Shown: in pieces, positions 12,344 to 24,709 of the stretch
Numbering within the stretch: position 1 is the first letter of the stretch
Layout of the letters: the number at the start of each line of letters is the position of its first letter
Assembly (NCBI GenBank): GCA_963575745.1
Contig: CAUYUJ010000148.1
Coordinates: forward strand, 1 to 64,000
Reading direction: 5' to 3'
Source: Prorocentrum cordatum
Taxonomy: Eukaryota
DNA: 64,000 bases
Notes under the pieces: model-generated
Told to the model about the DNA's origin: nothing
The model's input: the letters and a program-made list of their open reading frames with translations, nothing else
Databases searched by the model: none
Program-made: the position numbers and the translations under genes

Positions 12344-15029
12344 CAAAACGGTCCTGATGCCAGCATCTTTACTGTAGCAACCCAACCGCGCGGCGTGGAG
12401 GCACGCAACGCACATGTCCGAAGTGCCTGCGAGGGGGGAAGCGTAAGAACCTCCTCCACCTCCTCGACGCCCTCCTGCTCTTGCCCGTAGTTCCCGTGTT
12501 GCCAGCGTCGTTGCTCTCCTCGCCGACTGCGCTTCCAGAAACCGCCCGCCTTCCACACCCGCCGCGGCCTGGATGAAACGCGCGACTTCCAGACTCTCGA
12601 GGAAGGGCCACAGCGATGCCACTTGGAAAGCCTCGACGTGTCCCATAGTTGGGCCGACCGTTCGCGAGGCAACGAGTCGCACAGACGCGCGACCACTTTG
12701 GGGTACGCTCTCCAGTCCGAGGGGCCCAAGGGAGCCCCGAGAGGACCCCAAGAGCGCCCAAGAGCGCCCCAAAAACGCCCCAAGAGGGCCCCCAAGACGC
12801 CCTGCCTGAGCTTCCGAAGAGGGACCATAACTTCCCAGCCCCGCCATTCTGAGCGACGGGGCCCAAGATCGCTCCAAGGGGCCTGCAAGACTCCCACTTT
12901 GCAGGCTCTTTGCAGGCCCCCCTCCACTCTCTGCAAGGACCCTGGAACGACCCTGCGAAACGGGGACCTCTCTCGTGTTGGTTATGGAACCTTCAGCCCC
13001 ACTGTTCAAAAAAAGGGGTGTGTGTGTGTGTGACATGCAGTCCCCCCACCACTGAAAACTCAAAATTCGTGCCGCGATAATTATCCTCTTCCTCCTCGTG
13101 TTCCTCCTCCTCCTCCGCCTCCTTTTCCCTTTTGCCTCCTGCCCCTCCTCTTCCTCCTCCTTTTCCTTCTCCTCCTCCTCCTCCCCGGCCAGCGCATCAG
13201 GCTCCTTCAAATCCGTCCAGAAACCCCACAAGGACCAAAGGAAACTGGAGGATCAATGGGGTATGTGTTACATGAGTCAGTAATGGTCCCATTGCTTCCC
13301 CGCCACTAATGCGCTTCCGCGGCGGCCCGTTCCACTTCATGTTGCTACACCGTCGTCATTCTAGCAACCCCCGTCGCAATTTATTTCGGGATGGGCTTGT
13401 GGATATACTTTTCGACCGCGAGCGACACAGGCAACTGCGCGCCGTGTAAGAACTCGGATTTGTCGAGGTATGTTTGTTTGGTATGCGGGCCCGCGAAGCA
13501 AGTCGAAAACCGTCCGAACACGAGTCGGGCCGCGACTTAGCAGCAGGAAAAGAAAGGCAACCGAAGCGAACGCGCGCGGGCAACCACTCAGAAGAATAAC
13601 TAAAAACGAAACTCCCAGACCGGTGGCGTGGAGATCCCGTTGGCGAGCAGCAAGTAAGCGCAGCCAAAATGGCGCGGCGGCGCGACCATAAACACGCAGA
13701 GGTCAACCACTCGGTGTGAGTCGGCACAAGGCACCGTCAAAGACGAGCATACAGGACGAACTGGCACACCCGGGCGACGTCCGTGCCGTAGGCGACACAA
13801 CTGCACCGTGTCATCGCAAGAGTGACTTGTGGAGACACGCGGCGAAAACAAATGTCTGGGGCAGCGGACACGGCTGATTAGCTACAAGACGCGCCGCAAA
13901 CCGGCCGGCCCACTCACCAAGCAGCCGCGGGGTACTTGTGGAGATACGCGAAGCGTCAGGAATTGTCACGTGATCGGGCCGACCGCTCGTGAGGCTGCGA
14001 GTCGCACTGAAGCGGGACCACTTCGGGATACATTGTCAGGTCCAGGGGTGCAAGTGTGACCGGTGAACAAACATGTGGTTGTACGCGTGGCCCCACCGAT
14101 GCCCTGACAGTGACGCTACTAGCGACCTCCCTGATGGCCCCTACTGCGAGGCCACTTACACGATGGGGGCCGCCCGAAAAGAGCACGTCGAGTGACGAGC
14201 CAGGAGGACAACGCCCGTCGTGTTTTTTTTTTGTGTGTGTGTGTGCGTGGCTGCACGTGCGCTTCTGTCCTAAATTGCCACCCCTTGCTGTCCCGCCTTT
14301 GCCGCCGCCGCTGCGCCTCGCCTTGTCTCCCCTGCCTTTTAGGCACTTGCCGTACGGCACATCCCCTTCCTCCTCCTCCTCCTCCTCCTCCTCCTCTTCC
14401 TCCTCCTCCTCCTCGTCCTCCTTTTTCCCCCTCCTCCTCCTCCTCCTCCTCCTCCCCCCTCTCCTCCTCCTCTTCCTCTTCCTCATCTTCCTCCTTCTCC
14501 ACCTCCTGGCCGCAGGCCTCCCCCCCCCCACATGCCTACCCAGGGCCTGCGCATGACACACTTGATCTGTTCGGGTGGGTCCAAGCCTCTGGTTTCTGAG
14601 TGGTGGGCCGGCCGCGCACGCTTTCGGCGCCCCGTTCCTCGACCTTCTAGGCCTCGACGCTGCGTGTGAGGCCGCGAAACCAAAAAGTAAGTTGTGTGTT
14701 TTGTGTGTTGTTGTTTGTGTGTGCTTTGTTCGTGGGTGTGAATATTTGTGTGTGCGTGTCTGCGTGCGTGCGTGCGTCGACACGTCTGGGGGCCTAAAGC
14801 GACCCCGCCCCTCCAGCGAAATCCGCCTCCCTCCCCGCCCGCCCGCACCTCCAAAACCTAGATCTTCAAACTGTTTGCACTTCGCGCTGCGCGCTGCGCG
14901 CAACGCGATGATCGGTCCCAACGCGGGGCGCGATGACCTGAGTCGGGTGCTGCTAGAACTGCCTTTGGCCTGAGGCCCCCCCAGGAGCTCCAAGCAGGCC
15001 CCCGCGGCCCCCAAAACACGCCTCTGGAG

Positions 15030-18000
15030 GCCGAGAGGGCCATCGCAAGCAAGCAAAGAACCTTCTCTCCGCAACAGGCAGCCACTCTCCGATAAGCCAT
15101 GCGTGAGCTTGCCAAACACGACTGCCTTCTAGACCTCAATTGTCCTACGCCTGCTCAGACCTGAATGTCGCCAGAACTTGGACAGCCTGTCGAAGTCGGC
15201 ACGCGCCGCGCCCACGCGGCGACTGAGTTCGTTGCCCGCGGCGCCTATTCCATACATCGAAGCACCCTCATATCTTCTTGGGCTGGGATGACGTTTCCAT
15301 TCGAATCACGAATACTGCTGGCGCATCTGCTTTACAGAAGCTGGCATTTGCCCGGGCACAACTCCATGTGTTAAGATTTCCCAGATCTCTGCGTAGCAGC
15401 AAAGATGTGTTCCACCCCCCGCTTCATCCTTCCCAGAATCAGCGCGTCGTCCGCGCGCGGCAGGACGGCGATGGATCCGATGTCCTAGAGAGCTGGGTGC
15501 CATGCTGCAAGTTGGGAAATATCGTCTTCGATCTTTCTTGTCATGGTCATCACGAACAGGAAGGGTGATAGAAGGCATCCTTGCGATATCCCAGACGACA
15601 GCGGCCTCGAGGAAGAAGCCGCCCCGCTGTCCCGCACCTCAAAGAGCCTGTCGCTGCAAATCGCCTCGATTGCCTCCACTGCGTGCTCGGGCAAGCCGGG
15701 AGGTCGCGGACCGGGCAGCATGGCCAACGGGCCGACGGAGTCGAAAGCTCCCTGCCAGTCCAAGGCTAATGCGTACACATCACCTGATGATGTACCCACC
15801 TCCAAGTCCATAGGCCGACGGGGCGCAAACATTGCCTCTTGCGCCCCATGGTCCGATCGAAAACCAAATTGCGATCCCGTCGGCCTGGATTCTGCCCCTG
15901 CCTCCACCAAGCGTCGGCGCAGCAAAAACGCGAATACTTTGCGCCCAATCGCGCGAAGACTGGTTGGTCGATAATTCGCCCAATCGTCTGGTTTCCTTTG
16001 TCGTGCATTGCTGTTGGCCCATGCTGTGCGCCATCCTTGCGGCGCCCTTCGCCCTTGCCAACGGCGGTCCGCAAAAGTCGCGACGCGTTGCAACGCCCTC
16101 TAGTCGTCTGCAAGTGCTGCGAAGCCAATTCTCATGCACCACCACCGCCCGCAACAATAGTTTACCGCAAAAAAAGGGTCAGGGGCAGGGTCACCGCGGC
16201 GCAGCTCGCAGCTCGCAGACGCCATGGGGAGTTCCTGAAGCAGAAACAGAGCTTCTTGGTGGTGGTGAACAATATCGCTCCTCTTGGTAACCACACTTTT
16301 ATACACTACCACCGCGCGTGCTTTGATGAAGTCTGTTACGGCCCTTAAGAGAGAGGGGGCAGCCCGGTTGCCGTTGGCGGCGGGAGGGGGGCTGCGGGCT
16401 TTTCACCGTCGCAAAACTGCACCAAGTCGCATCGCAGATGATTCTCGATCTTGGTGGGGGTAGTCATCTACTGTGCTCAGAAGTGCCTTCCAATATTCTG
16501 GCGGGTTGCCGTCTGGCCCAGGTGCGCTGCCATCGCGCAGCTGGCGAAAACGTGCCCTGACCTCGCCGCCCGCGAAAAGGGCAAATTGGCCAGCAGCGCG
16601 CGTCCGAAGGCGGGTGCGTCGGAAACGTCGGCTGGAAGCGCGCCCCATTGCACCGTCTCGAGGCATGTTGCCATGGCGTCTGCTCGGACTTCGCTGATGA
16701 CTCGTTATCCTTACAAGTTCCGGGCCCGCCCCTGCTTGGCGAAACGGGTACCTCGGGGCTTCCTGATGCTATCCCAGGAACCAGGCGCCGCCAAATCATC
16801 CAACTAGTTGGGCTTATCTTCTCGTGCAGATTTTCGCGCAGCCGCGTGTTTCTCCTTCTCCTGCGCGGCGTTCCCGCCCGCTCGAGCCTGCGCTGTTTCT
16901 TGGATGGGCTGCGCTGCCCGGCCGCTGATCCACAGTTGTCTGGCTCGGGGTGGCTCGCGCGGCAAGACCTCGGCTGCAGTCTCGATCGCGGCCGGGGCGG
17001 CTTGCCGGGCGCCGTCGATCGCGTCGGCGGCGCCCGTGGCGTCCTCCGCGCAGTTCTGCAATAATGCCGTAACAGTTTGATGTCGTATACCCGGTGTTTG
17101 CGAACTCCTTCTGTTTTTGAGCGCGGTGTCGACGTGGCTGAGAATGCTGAAAATCGAGGTCGATCTGGCAACGCATTGCGAGCAGCCGCGTGGCCAGCGC
17201 TCCTTCGCGGCGGCAGCCACCAGGCGCCATTCGGTCAAAACTTGCGCCCGGCACGAGAAACAAATCGAGCAAAGCAAATTCGGCAACATGAAATCGCTGG
17301 GTGTTCGGCCGCTCTCCACGCATGCAACCCGTTGCCCGTCTGTCACGCTCTGAAAACTGCTGCTGATGCTGCGCTGCTGCGCCGTGCAGAACTCCATCAC
17401 TCGATCCCGTTTGGGCGACTCTTCTGTGCGTTTCGCGTCTGCTCCAAAAAAACGCAGTTCAAGCGCGCGTTCTTCGCTTCGCCATTGTTGGCCAAGCCGG
17501 GCGTTGAAGTCCCCAGCGATGCGTTCGAATCCATTCGCCGATATGATACTGGACAATTTTTCCAAGTCCAGGTAAATGCGCAATCGTTCGGGGAGTGGTC
17601 GGAGGGCGCGCGGGGCGTGGCCGGCGATTATCCGCCGGCTTGAACCTGCTTCCCCGTATCTTCAGGCGAGCGAGCCGGTCTGAATCTTGCAAGATGCCAC
17701 AGATGGACGGCAGTATCTCACTCCTGATCTAGGTTTGTCTGCGCTGCCTGCAGTTTCCGAGCCCGCCAAAATAATAAAGCGCCCATCGCTCGCGCAGCAC
17801 TCTGCATTCGAACCCCGCGTCTCCTGGGGGCAGAGGACATCGACGTTTAAAACACGCTTTGCCTCGCAAAGCTTCTCGTTGGTTAAGCCAGCGACGTTCC
17901 ACGCGGCGATTCTGACGCGCCCGCATTGCGAGCTCGAGGCTCCGCGCGGGCGCGGGCGCGGGCGCCGCAACGGCGCTGAACAACGATGGGGTGACAGTCC

Positions 18001-18900
18001 TCGCCCTCCGGGCCCCGTCACTTCCCCCCGTTCTCCCCTTCCCCTTGGCGCGCGTCAGTGGCGCGGGGCGGTGCTCTCTCGCTGGACGTGCGGGGCGCAA
18101 TCAAAGTCGCATCGTTTTGGAGGTCAGCCCAATTCTCCCATTCTGCACAGTGTCGTCTGAGCTTGAGTGCATGGTGAGCTTCTCGTCGTCATATCTAGAA
18201 AGCTTCGGAGCGCGCGCGGTCCCTCTGTGAGCTTCTCTCGCCCCATGTCGGCGTGCGTGGTAAGCTTCTCGTCGTCGATCTGGACGAAGGCCAGGAGCTG
18301 CTGAGGGCCGAATAGCATCTGGCTCGGGATCCTGACAGAGGCTGGCTAATTTTTATGTGGCCAGACCCTTTTGTTCTTGCAATTAACTGGTGAAGCTCGT
18401 AACATGCGCAGCGCTGTCTCTGCATCTCTGTCGTCGCTCATCTTTGCAAAGCCCCTTTGTAGATACCGCCTTTCATGCAGATGCCACTTGGCGCTGGCAT
18501 GTTTGACTTGGCCATCCCCTGTTTGAGAAATGCGACTGCCTCTTCCACCGATGCCAGTTCCTCCAAGCCCCCAGGGACAATCGTCTCAGTTGCCTGTTGT
18601 GGGGCGCGGCGTAGGTCGGCAAACTCCAAAGATCCGAGGCGCACTTCGACCTCAGGGCTCAATCAGGTATCTGACGCCGTCAGATAATGGCCGCGAGGGG
18701 TCAGCTTCGATTGCAGTCACTCGGGCTTCCACATGTCCCAACGAAGCCTTCAGCGGTGACACGGCAGCTTGACGATTACGTTGAAAAGATCTGTGGCTGT
18801 TGATGGCCGCGAGGTCCATCCGAATAGGCTTCAGGAGCTTCTGGGTCGCCTCTAACGTCGCGGGCGTGCTTGAAGATGCCCTTGCAACAGCACGTTCGTG
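15030..18900 (-). mobile_element. Degenerate LINE (RTE-like): ORF1 remnant, APE endonuclease, reverse transcriptase
   Basis: Endonuclease motifs RIAAWNVAGL...DVLCPQETR (about 17815-17920) and AGDFNARLG (about 17490-17517). RT motifs GSAPGPDG, NYRPTSL, QFGFR, LDWQGAFDSV, GISQGCLLSPFLF, LPRADDAL (degenerate YADD, 15443-15460) and ELSRRVGAARADF. An ORF1-like, possibly coiled-coil region lies at about 18100-18900. Confidence 0.9.
16118..16480. mobile_element. About 360-bp SINE/MITE-like element, copy 2, inserted in the LINE RT
   Basis: 6-bp TSD aagtgc (16112-16117 and 16481-16486). Excision rejoins EYWKAL|ADD*RALQRVATF in one frame. Confidence 0.85.
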
Positions 18901-19589
18901 CTGCCGTTGACGTGCTGCTGGGAGATATTCGGAAGCCAGTGCAAGAACCCCGTCCATATCATTCAGCGGGCTGTGAATCATTATCGCATTTGCTTTGGGC
19001 TTCCCTGGTATTGGGGTCCACGGTGGCGAAACAAGTGGGAAACATCCATCACTGAACACCTGCCTGACACGGGTGCCTGGCACGCGCGCGTCCCCATTCG
19101 CACCCGAAGCACACATCGCTGCAGGCATGCTCGCGCGAGAAGGTTGGATGAAGGGGACGTAGCGATGAAGAGAAAATGCAAGTGCTAGCCAGGTGTGGTC
19201 AGTGAAAGATAAATGTGCCTGACGTGATCCAATGCACGCGTTCCAAAATTGAGCGAAACGCTGTGGGCACCGTGGGCCAGGGGCACATTTAGCACCCCCC
19301 GCCGGTCGGGGCCCATGGGCGGCACAAACATTTGTATACACACACGCACACGCACGCGCGCACACACAAACACACACAGACACACACACACACACACACA
19401 CACGCACGCACGCACGCACGCACACACGCACGCAGGAACGCACACACGCACATGTTTTTTTTCCCACGTGTCCTGGTTTACATGTCTCCCACATCTCTCC
19501 TTCCCATATTTATTCCACATTTTTACGACTCCCAGGTTCGTTTTTTTTCCGGCGTTTCGAAGTTGGGCGGAAGGGGGGCGACCGCTGGT

Positions 19590-20038
19590 GTCGCCGGCGG
19601 CTGGTTTCGCTTGGCTGGTTTCGCCGACGGATGGTTCCGCCGCCCAGCGAAACCAGTTGCCGTCGGCGAGACCAGCTCCGTCGGCGAAACCAAGTGCTAT
19701 CGGCGAAACCAGCTGCCGTCGGCGAAACTGCCCGACCCGACCCGCCCGCGAGGGTCCGCCCGCCCGACCCGACCCGCCCGTTAGGGTTCGCGCGTGCTCC
19801 GTTGAGCGCGCCCCAAACTTTAATGTCCCGCCCGCCCGACCCGACCCGATCGTGAAGGTCCGCCCGCCCGACCCGGCCCGACCCGCCCGCTAGTGTCCGT
19901 CCGCCCGACCCGACCCGCCCGTCAGGGCTCGCGTCGGCGAAGCCAGCGTCGGCCAAACCAGCGCCCGGGCGAAACCAGCGGGGCGAAACCAGCGGGGCGA
20001 AACCAGCGCCGGCGAAACCAGCGCCGGCGAAACCAGCT
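19590..20038. repeat. Foldback-like GC-rich repeat (ctggtttcgcc / ggcgaaaccag units plus cccgacccg tracts)
   Basis: The unit occurs first inverted, then in direct tandem. Confidence 0.75.
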
Positions 20039-20789
20039 CATGCCGGAAGGGGGGGGGAAGGGGGGGGCTGGCTCCGGACCTCTGCTGGAGTGTGGCTGTT
20101 AGTAACCGTGCGTCCTATGGGGTGGGGACTCCACCTGCTGGAAACAGGCGCCCAAACCAGCCAAGATCTACTCCATGGGGGGGAGGGGAGGGGAGCGAGG
20201 GCCCGCGCCCCTCGGCACAACACTGCAACAAAAACGATCGCACGACACCCGGCGTGTTTTTGTGTGTGTTTGCGCTGTGATCTCCCTCTGCCTCCCTTCG
20301 CACACCCGCTGCGGGCGCGCCGCGCCGCCCCGGGCAGCCGGCGGCCGACAGGGGGCCTCGATCTCCCGACGCAGGGCGCGGGCCCGCCGGCCCAGCAGCT
20401 CGCAGAGCCTGGGGGCTGCCGGGGCCCCTCCTCGACTCTTTGTTCGCGGCGGTTGGGCTGCATCTGTGAGCATCGTTTAGCCGATCCCCGTCCCGAGCGG
20501 CGTGGCCTGGGCCACGCTGGCCGAGCTGGGGGTAGTAATTTGGTGAGGGTCTCTAAGGGAATGGGGATGGGGATGGGGATCGGTTACACGATACCGAATC
20601 TGGGGAGGAGGGGGAGAATGAAGCGAAGTGACATGCAGCTCGTGGAATCCAGTGCGCCTGTCCGTGAGAGCGACCGTGCCCTGGAGTCACCGGAAAGCGG
20701 CACCGCCGCAATCAGAGCTAAGGATTCTGAGCGGGCGGCACTCCGCCGACTTGTGCGCCTCGAAGCCGCAGCTGCACCTGCCGCAGCCA

Positions 20790-20980
20790 GCTGCAGCCGC
20801 AGCCGCAGCCGCAGCCGCAACTGGCCACAGCCACAGCCACCGCCACAGCCACAGCCGCAGCCACAGCCGCAGCCACAGCCGCAGCCACAGCCGCAGCCAC
20901 AGCCGCAGCCACAATCGCAAGTGCAATCGCAGCCGCAATGGCAATCGCAATTGCAACCGCAGCCTGAGCACCGCAGCCAC
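20790..20980. repeat. (GCCACA/GCCGCA)n hexanucleotide repeat
   Basis: Direct reading. Confidence 0.9.
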
Positions 20981-23164
20981 GGACTGTCGCGCGCTCCCCT
21001 ATTGGGGCACGGGTCCAGGCAGCAACCCTAGGGGCGCGCAATCCTCTGTTGGGCGCCGCCCGCAGGACGTGAGTCCTGCGGAGGATGACGAGGGAGGAGG
21101 GAGGAGGGAGGAGGGAGGAAACGACGACGACGACGACCACGACGACGAGCGGAACTGAACGGAATGTGCCCGAAGGGAGAGCGCACAGCACATCACCTGT
21201 GCTTGCCCAGGGTCGCTTGCCTCTGGAGGCTTCTTCTGATGCGCGCTCTCGGAACGAGAGCGGCCACACGCTGCTCGTGAGAGGAGGCTGCCCCCGAGGC
21301 CGAACACGATCTGCTGACCACCATCAGGTCTGGAATCACCGCAGACTCCGAGGGGCCAAGGCAGGAGGAGGAGGAGGAGGAGGAAGAGGAGGAGGAGGAG
21401 GAGGAGGAGGAGAACGAGGGAGGACGAGGCTGACGAGGAGGCGGCGGAGGAGGACTCCTCCCCCGCCCCTGGCGGAGCGGGGGAAGAGGAGGGGGTAAAG
21501 GGAGGGAGGAGGGCGGAGGGAAAGGGAGGGGAGGGAGGGAGGGGGGAAAGGGGGCGCGCGCGCTCTGGAGCGAGACGAGGACAGGATCAGGACAAATGCG
21601 GACGAAGACAGATCGGGGATCTCTTAGAACTGGTGGGTCTGGACGATGCATCGGACGTCGCAGTCGTTCCAAAGCGGTTCGGCACGCTCTGGAAGTGTTC
21701 CAGAACGCTCTGGAGGGATTTACTCGTCATGGGCCTGCTTGGACGTTTGGACCTTCGGAGGCATCGGGATGCAAGATCACTCATCATCGGATCAGGCTTG
21801 CATCCAATCTGATCGGATGCGCCTGGATGCGCAACAATGCCATTCGAACATCGGGCCGCATCGGATCTCCAGAATGTCGGAATCGGATCGAATCGGCTGG
21901 GAACCGCTCAAGAATCGGATCGATCGGACCGGAATGGACCTGTCTTCAGTCGTCCTCCCACCTGCTTCTGCTGCTGCTCCTGCTGCGTTTCTTCCTCTCG
22001 CTCCTCCTCTTCCTCCTGCTCCTCCTCCTGCTCATCCTCCTCCTCGAGTTGTTTTGCTCTTCCTGGTATGTGGTGTTGCTGCTGCTCCTCCACCGTAATA
22101 CGCCTCCTCATCCTCATCTACCTCCCCACCCTCCGCCCCTCCCCTCTCTACAGCCCCCCCCTCAAATCCTCCAACCTCCTCCTCATCCACCTCCTCCCTG
22201 CTCCATCCTCCACACTTCTCCACCTCCTCCTCCTCATCCTCTTCCTCCTCCGTCACGCGTCCCTCCTGAAGTCGGATAACGGCACCGAGCCTGCCTGGGC
22301 TCGGACGGGAGAAGTTTGACCTTTGCGAGAAATCTCTGTGCGATGCATCGGGGACGTCGGCGACGCATCGGCGCCGTCGGCACGGAGAATACGGAGCTCC
22401 ACATCCAGCCGCATCACCGATGCATCGGCGATGCGGCGCGATCCTGCGACGCCATCTACTCGGACCCAATCTGGAGGGCTTGAACACTCAGTGCCGCGGC
22501 CGGCATTCCCCTGACAACTCCTTGTGTCCTTGATTCGTGCGCGTCGCTGCAGAACAATAACTAGGCCCCAAACGAGAATCGAAGCCAAAGCGCGCGCCGA
22601 TGTGCTGTCCTGAAGGGCCCGATACGTCTTATTATGTTGGTGTCTCCTCTGGGAGAACTGAAAACCGAAGAAAAATACAAAGGCGAGGCGATCCAAGGCA
22701 CCCTCTTCACGATCATAATCCACTTGCTCATCCGCCTCCTGCCCCCCTTCTCCCCTTTTTTTCCAATGCTTCTCCACAACCCACGCCACTCTTCTTAGCT
22801 CCTCCGCCTCCCTCTTCTCCTCCTACCCCCCGTCCTTACCCCCAGGAATCTCCCCCCGATCCCTGATCAGGGGAGGGATGGGGGTCGATGGCTGGGGAGA
22901 GCCATAGGGGGACGAGGAGCCCAGGATCAGACGAGAACGCGCCAGCCCCCCGCCTGCCACGGCGCGGGAAAGCGTGTGAATCCGTTTGGCCGCCCCCCTC
23001 CCCTGCGCTCCAAAATCCTGTTAAAGAACGTGGTGGGCGCACGAGCTCCCCAGCTCACCTCCCCGGCCCTCGGAGCCCCCAAATCCACCCACCGCAGCCC
23101 CCTAAGATGCCCTGTGTAGTGGTGCGAGGCGCGAGGCCAGAAGGCCAGCTTCTCGTTTTGCATC

Positions 23165-24695
23165 TGTAGAATGATGCCCTGTAGAATGGTGCGAGACGCG
23201 AGGCTGGAAGGCCGTCTTCTCCTTTTGCATCCACAGCGAGAACAGCTGCCCCTACGAGCGGCGCTGGTATCCTGGTGCAAAGTGGGTTCAACATAGGGAT
23301 ACAGTCAGCCGACCTGCCGCAGTACACTCCGCCGCAGTGCTTTCCAGGGCACTCCCCCATCTGTGTCATTTCAGCTTGTTTCGAGGACTCGGTTGGCCAC
23401 AGCAATACTAATGTGTACCTCGATACCACTGCAGGGTGGTGCCCACAGAAGTACAAGATGCCTGTTTTCATGGGGGTTGATTTCAACGTGAATCCTTCCA
23501 TGGTCACAACCTCAGGAGTATGCGACAGAGCCAGCTTGGCGCTGATTCACACCAGCGGCTACACCATGTTTCAAGGCAAAGGCAGACGCAATATCGATGA
23601 TTGCCTCATGAGTTCCTGTCTAAAAAATTCGGTGCAATCTATGGACGTGCTGAAGCAGTACCCGCTGTCCCCTCATCGTCCGGTGCGTTTGGAGTTTGCG
23701 TTCGGGGCCAACGTCATGATCCCCGTGCTGTGCAAGGCCGAGAAACTCCCCACCAGGAAACCCTTCGGACCCTCTCTGGAGAACATCCGTTGGATCAGGA
23801 CCCAGGCCGCTCTGGGCACTCTTGGGGCGATCTTGGAGGACGTAGAGGACCCTGTCCAGCAGCAAAGTGCTATATAAAATGTATGATGTTCTTGTCAGTG
23901 AAATGCATGGAAGCGACTATCAGCAGAGCTACCAACACCCCCATCAAACATCAAGGACAAAGATGCGCCACCCCCAAATCTGGTGTTTTTGTCACCCGAG
24001 GCAGTAGAGTCAACACCGAGCATAATTGAAGTCGTACTGGCGCTTTGTTCGTTGGCTCCTCAATCGGGTAATGGAGATTCAAGGAGACATCTTCAGGAAG
24101 CAGGCCGACGAATTACCAGACTTACACCAGGCGCTTGGAGAGCAGCCGCCAGAGGTCAGCGCCAATGAGTTGGCAGACTTGCACCTTCAGCGAGTCTTTT
24201 GCGGGATGTGCAGGGCCAAAGCACAAGAGGTGTTTCGGAACAGGTAAGGTCCATCTTTTCGGAGTTGCACGAAGGTTCACGAAGTTTCTGGATGGAGGAA
24301 AACAGCTCCGAGGATCTACTCTTGGGGCTACTGAATCTCAGAAATAATGGGTGTCGGACAAGATGAACTCAAGTGTTGGATGGGCTCGCAGGTGGACCAA
24401 CAACCTGCGCGCTTGGACGCCATCCAGAACCAAAACTGCCAGAGGGGATTTTCCAGGTTGCCCCACGGAGTTGCTCTACTCGACGGTGCGACGCCTTACT
24501 GACATCTGGGAGCCCCGACAAGTTCAACAAGATAAGGTTCCAGGAGATCCCCTTGCTGCCTCCAGGGTCCAGAAAATCACCCCCAACATGCTCAAGAGGG
24601 CCCTGGGGAAATTCAGCCATGCCACGTCCGAGACGTAGGACGGCATCCAACCGTGCCAATTCAGGCTGCTGGCGGTTGACCAGCAATCTCTAGAA
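23165..24695 (+). mobile_element. Degenerate LINE fragment: APE endonuclease to the start of RT, truncated by a minisatellite element
   Basis: SGAGILV...VISACF...MGVDFNVNP...NIDDCLMS...SPHRPVRL matches the GDFN / IDY / xxH pattern of APE endonucleases. LKRALGKFSHATSET*DGIQP resembles RT domain 0. Confidence 0.75.
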
Positions 24696-24709
24696 TGCGG
24701 TGACCAGCA

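Noticed and set aside
13660..13680. gccattttggct on the minus strand resembling a dinoflagellate spliced-leader relic
   Set aside because: Only a 12-nt core matches. It lacks the terminal CAAG and no clear CDS follows.
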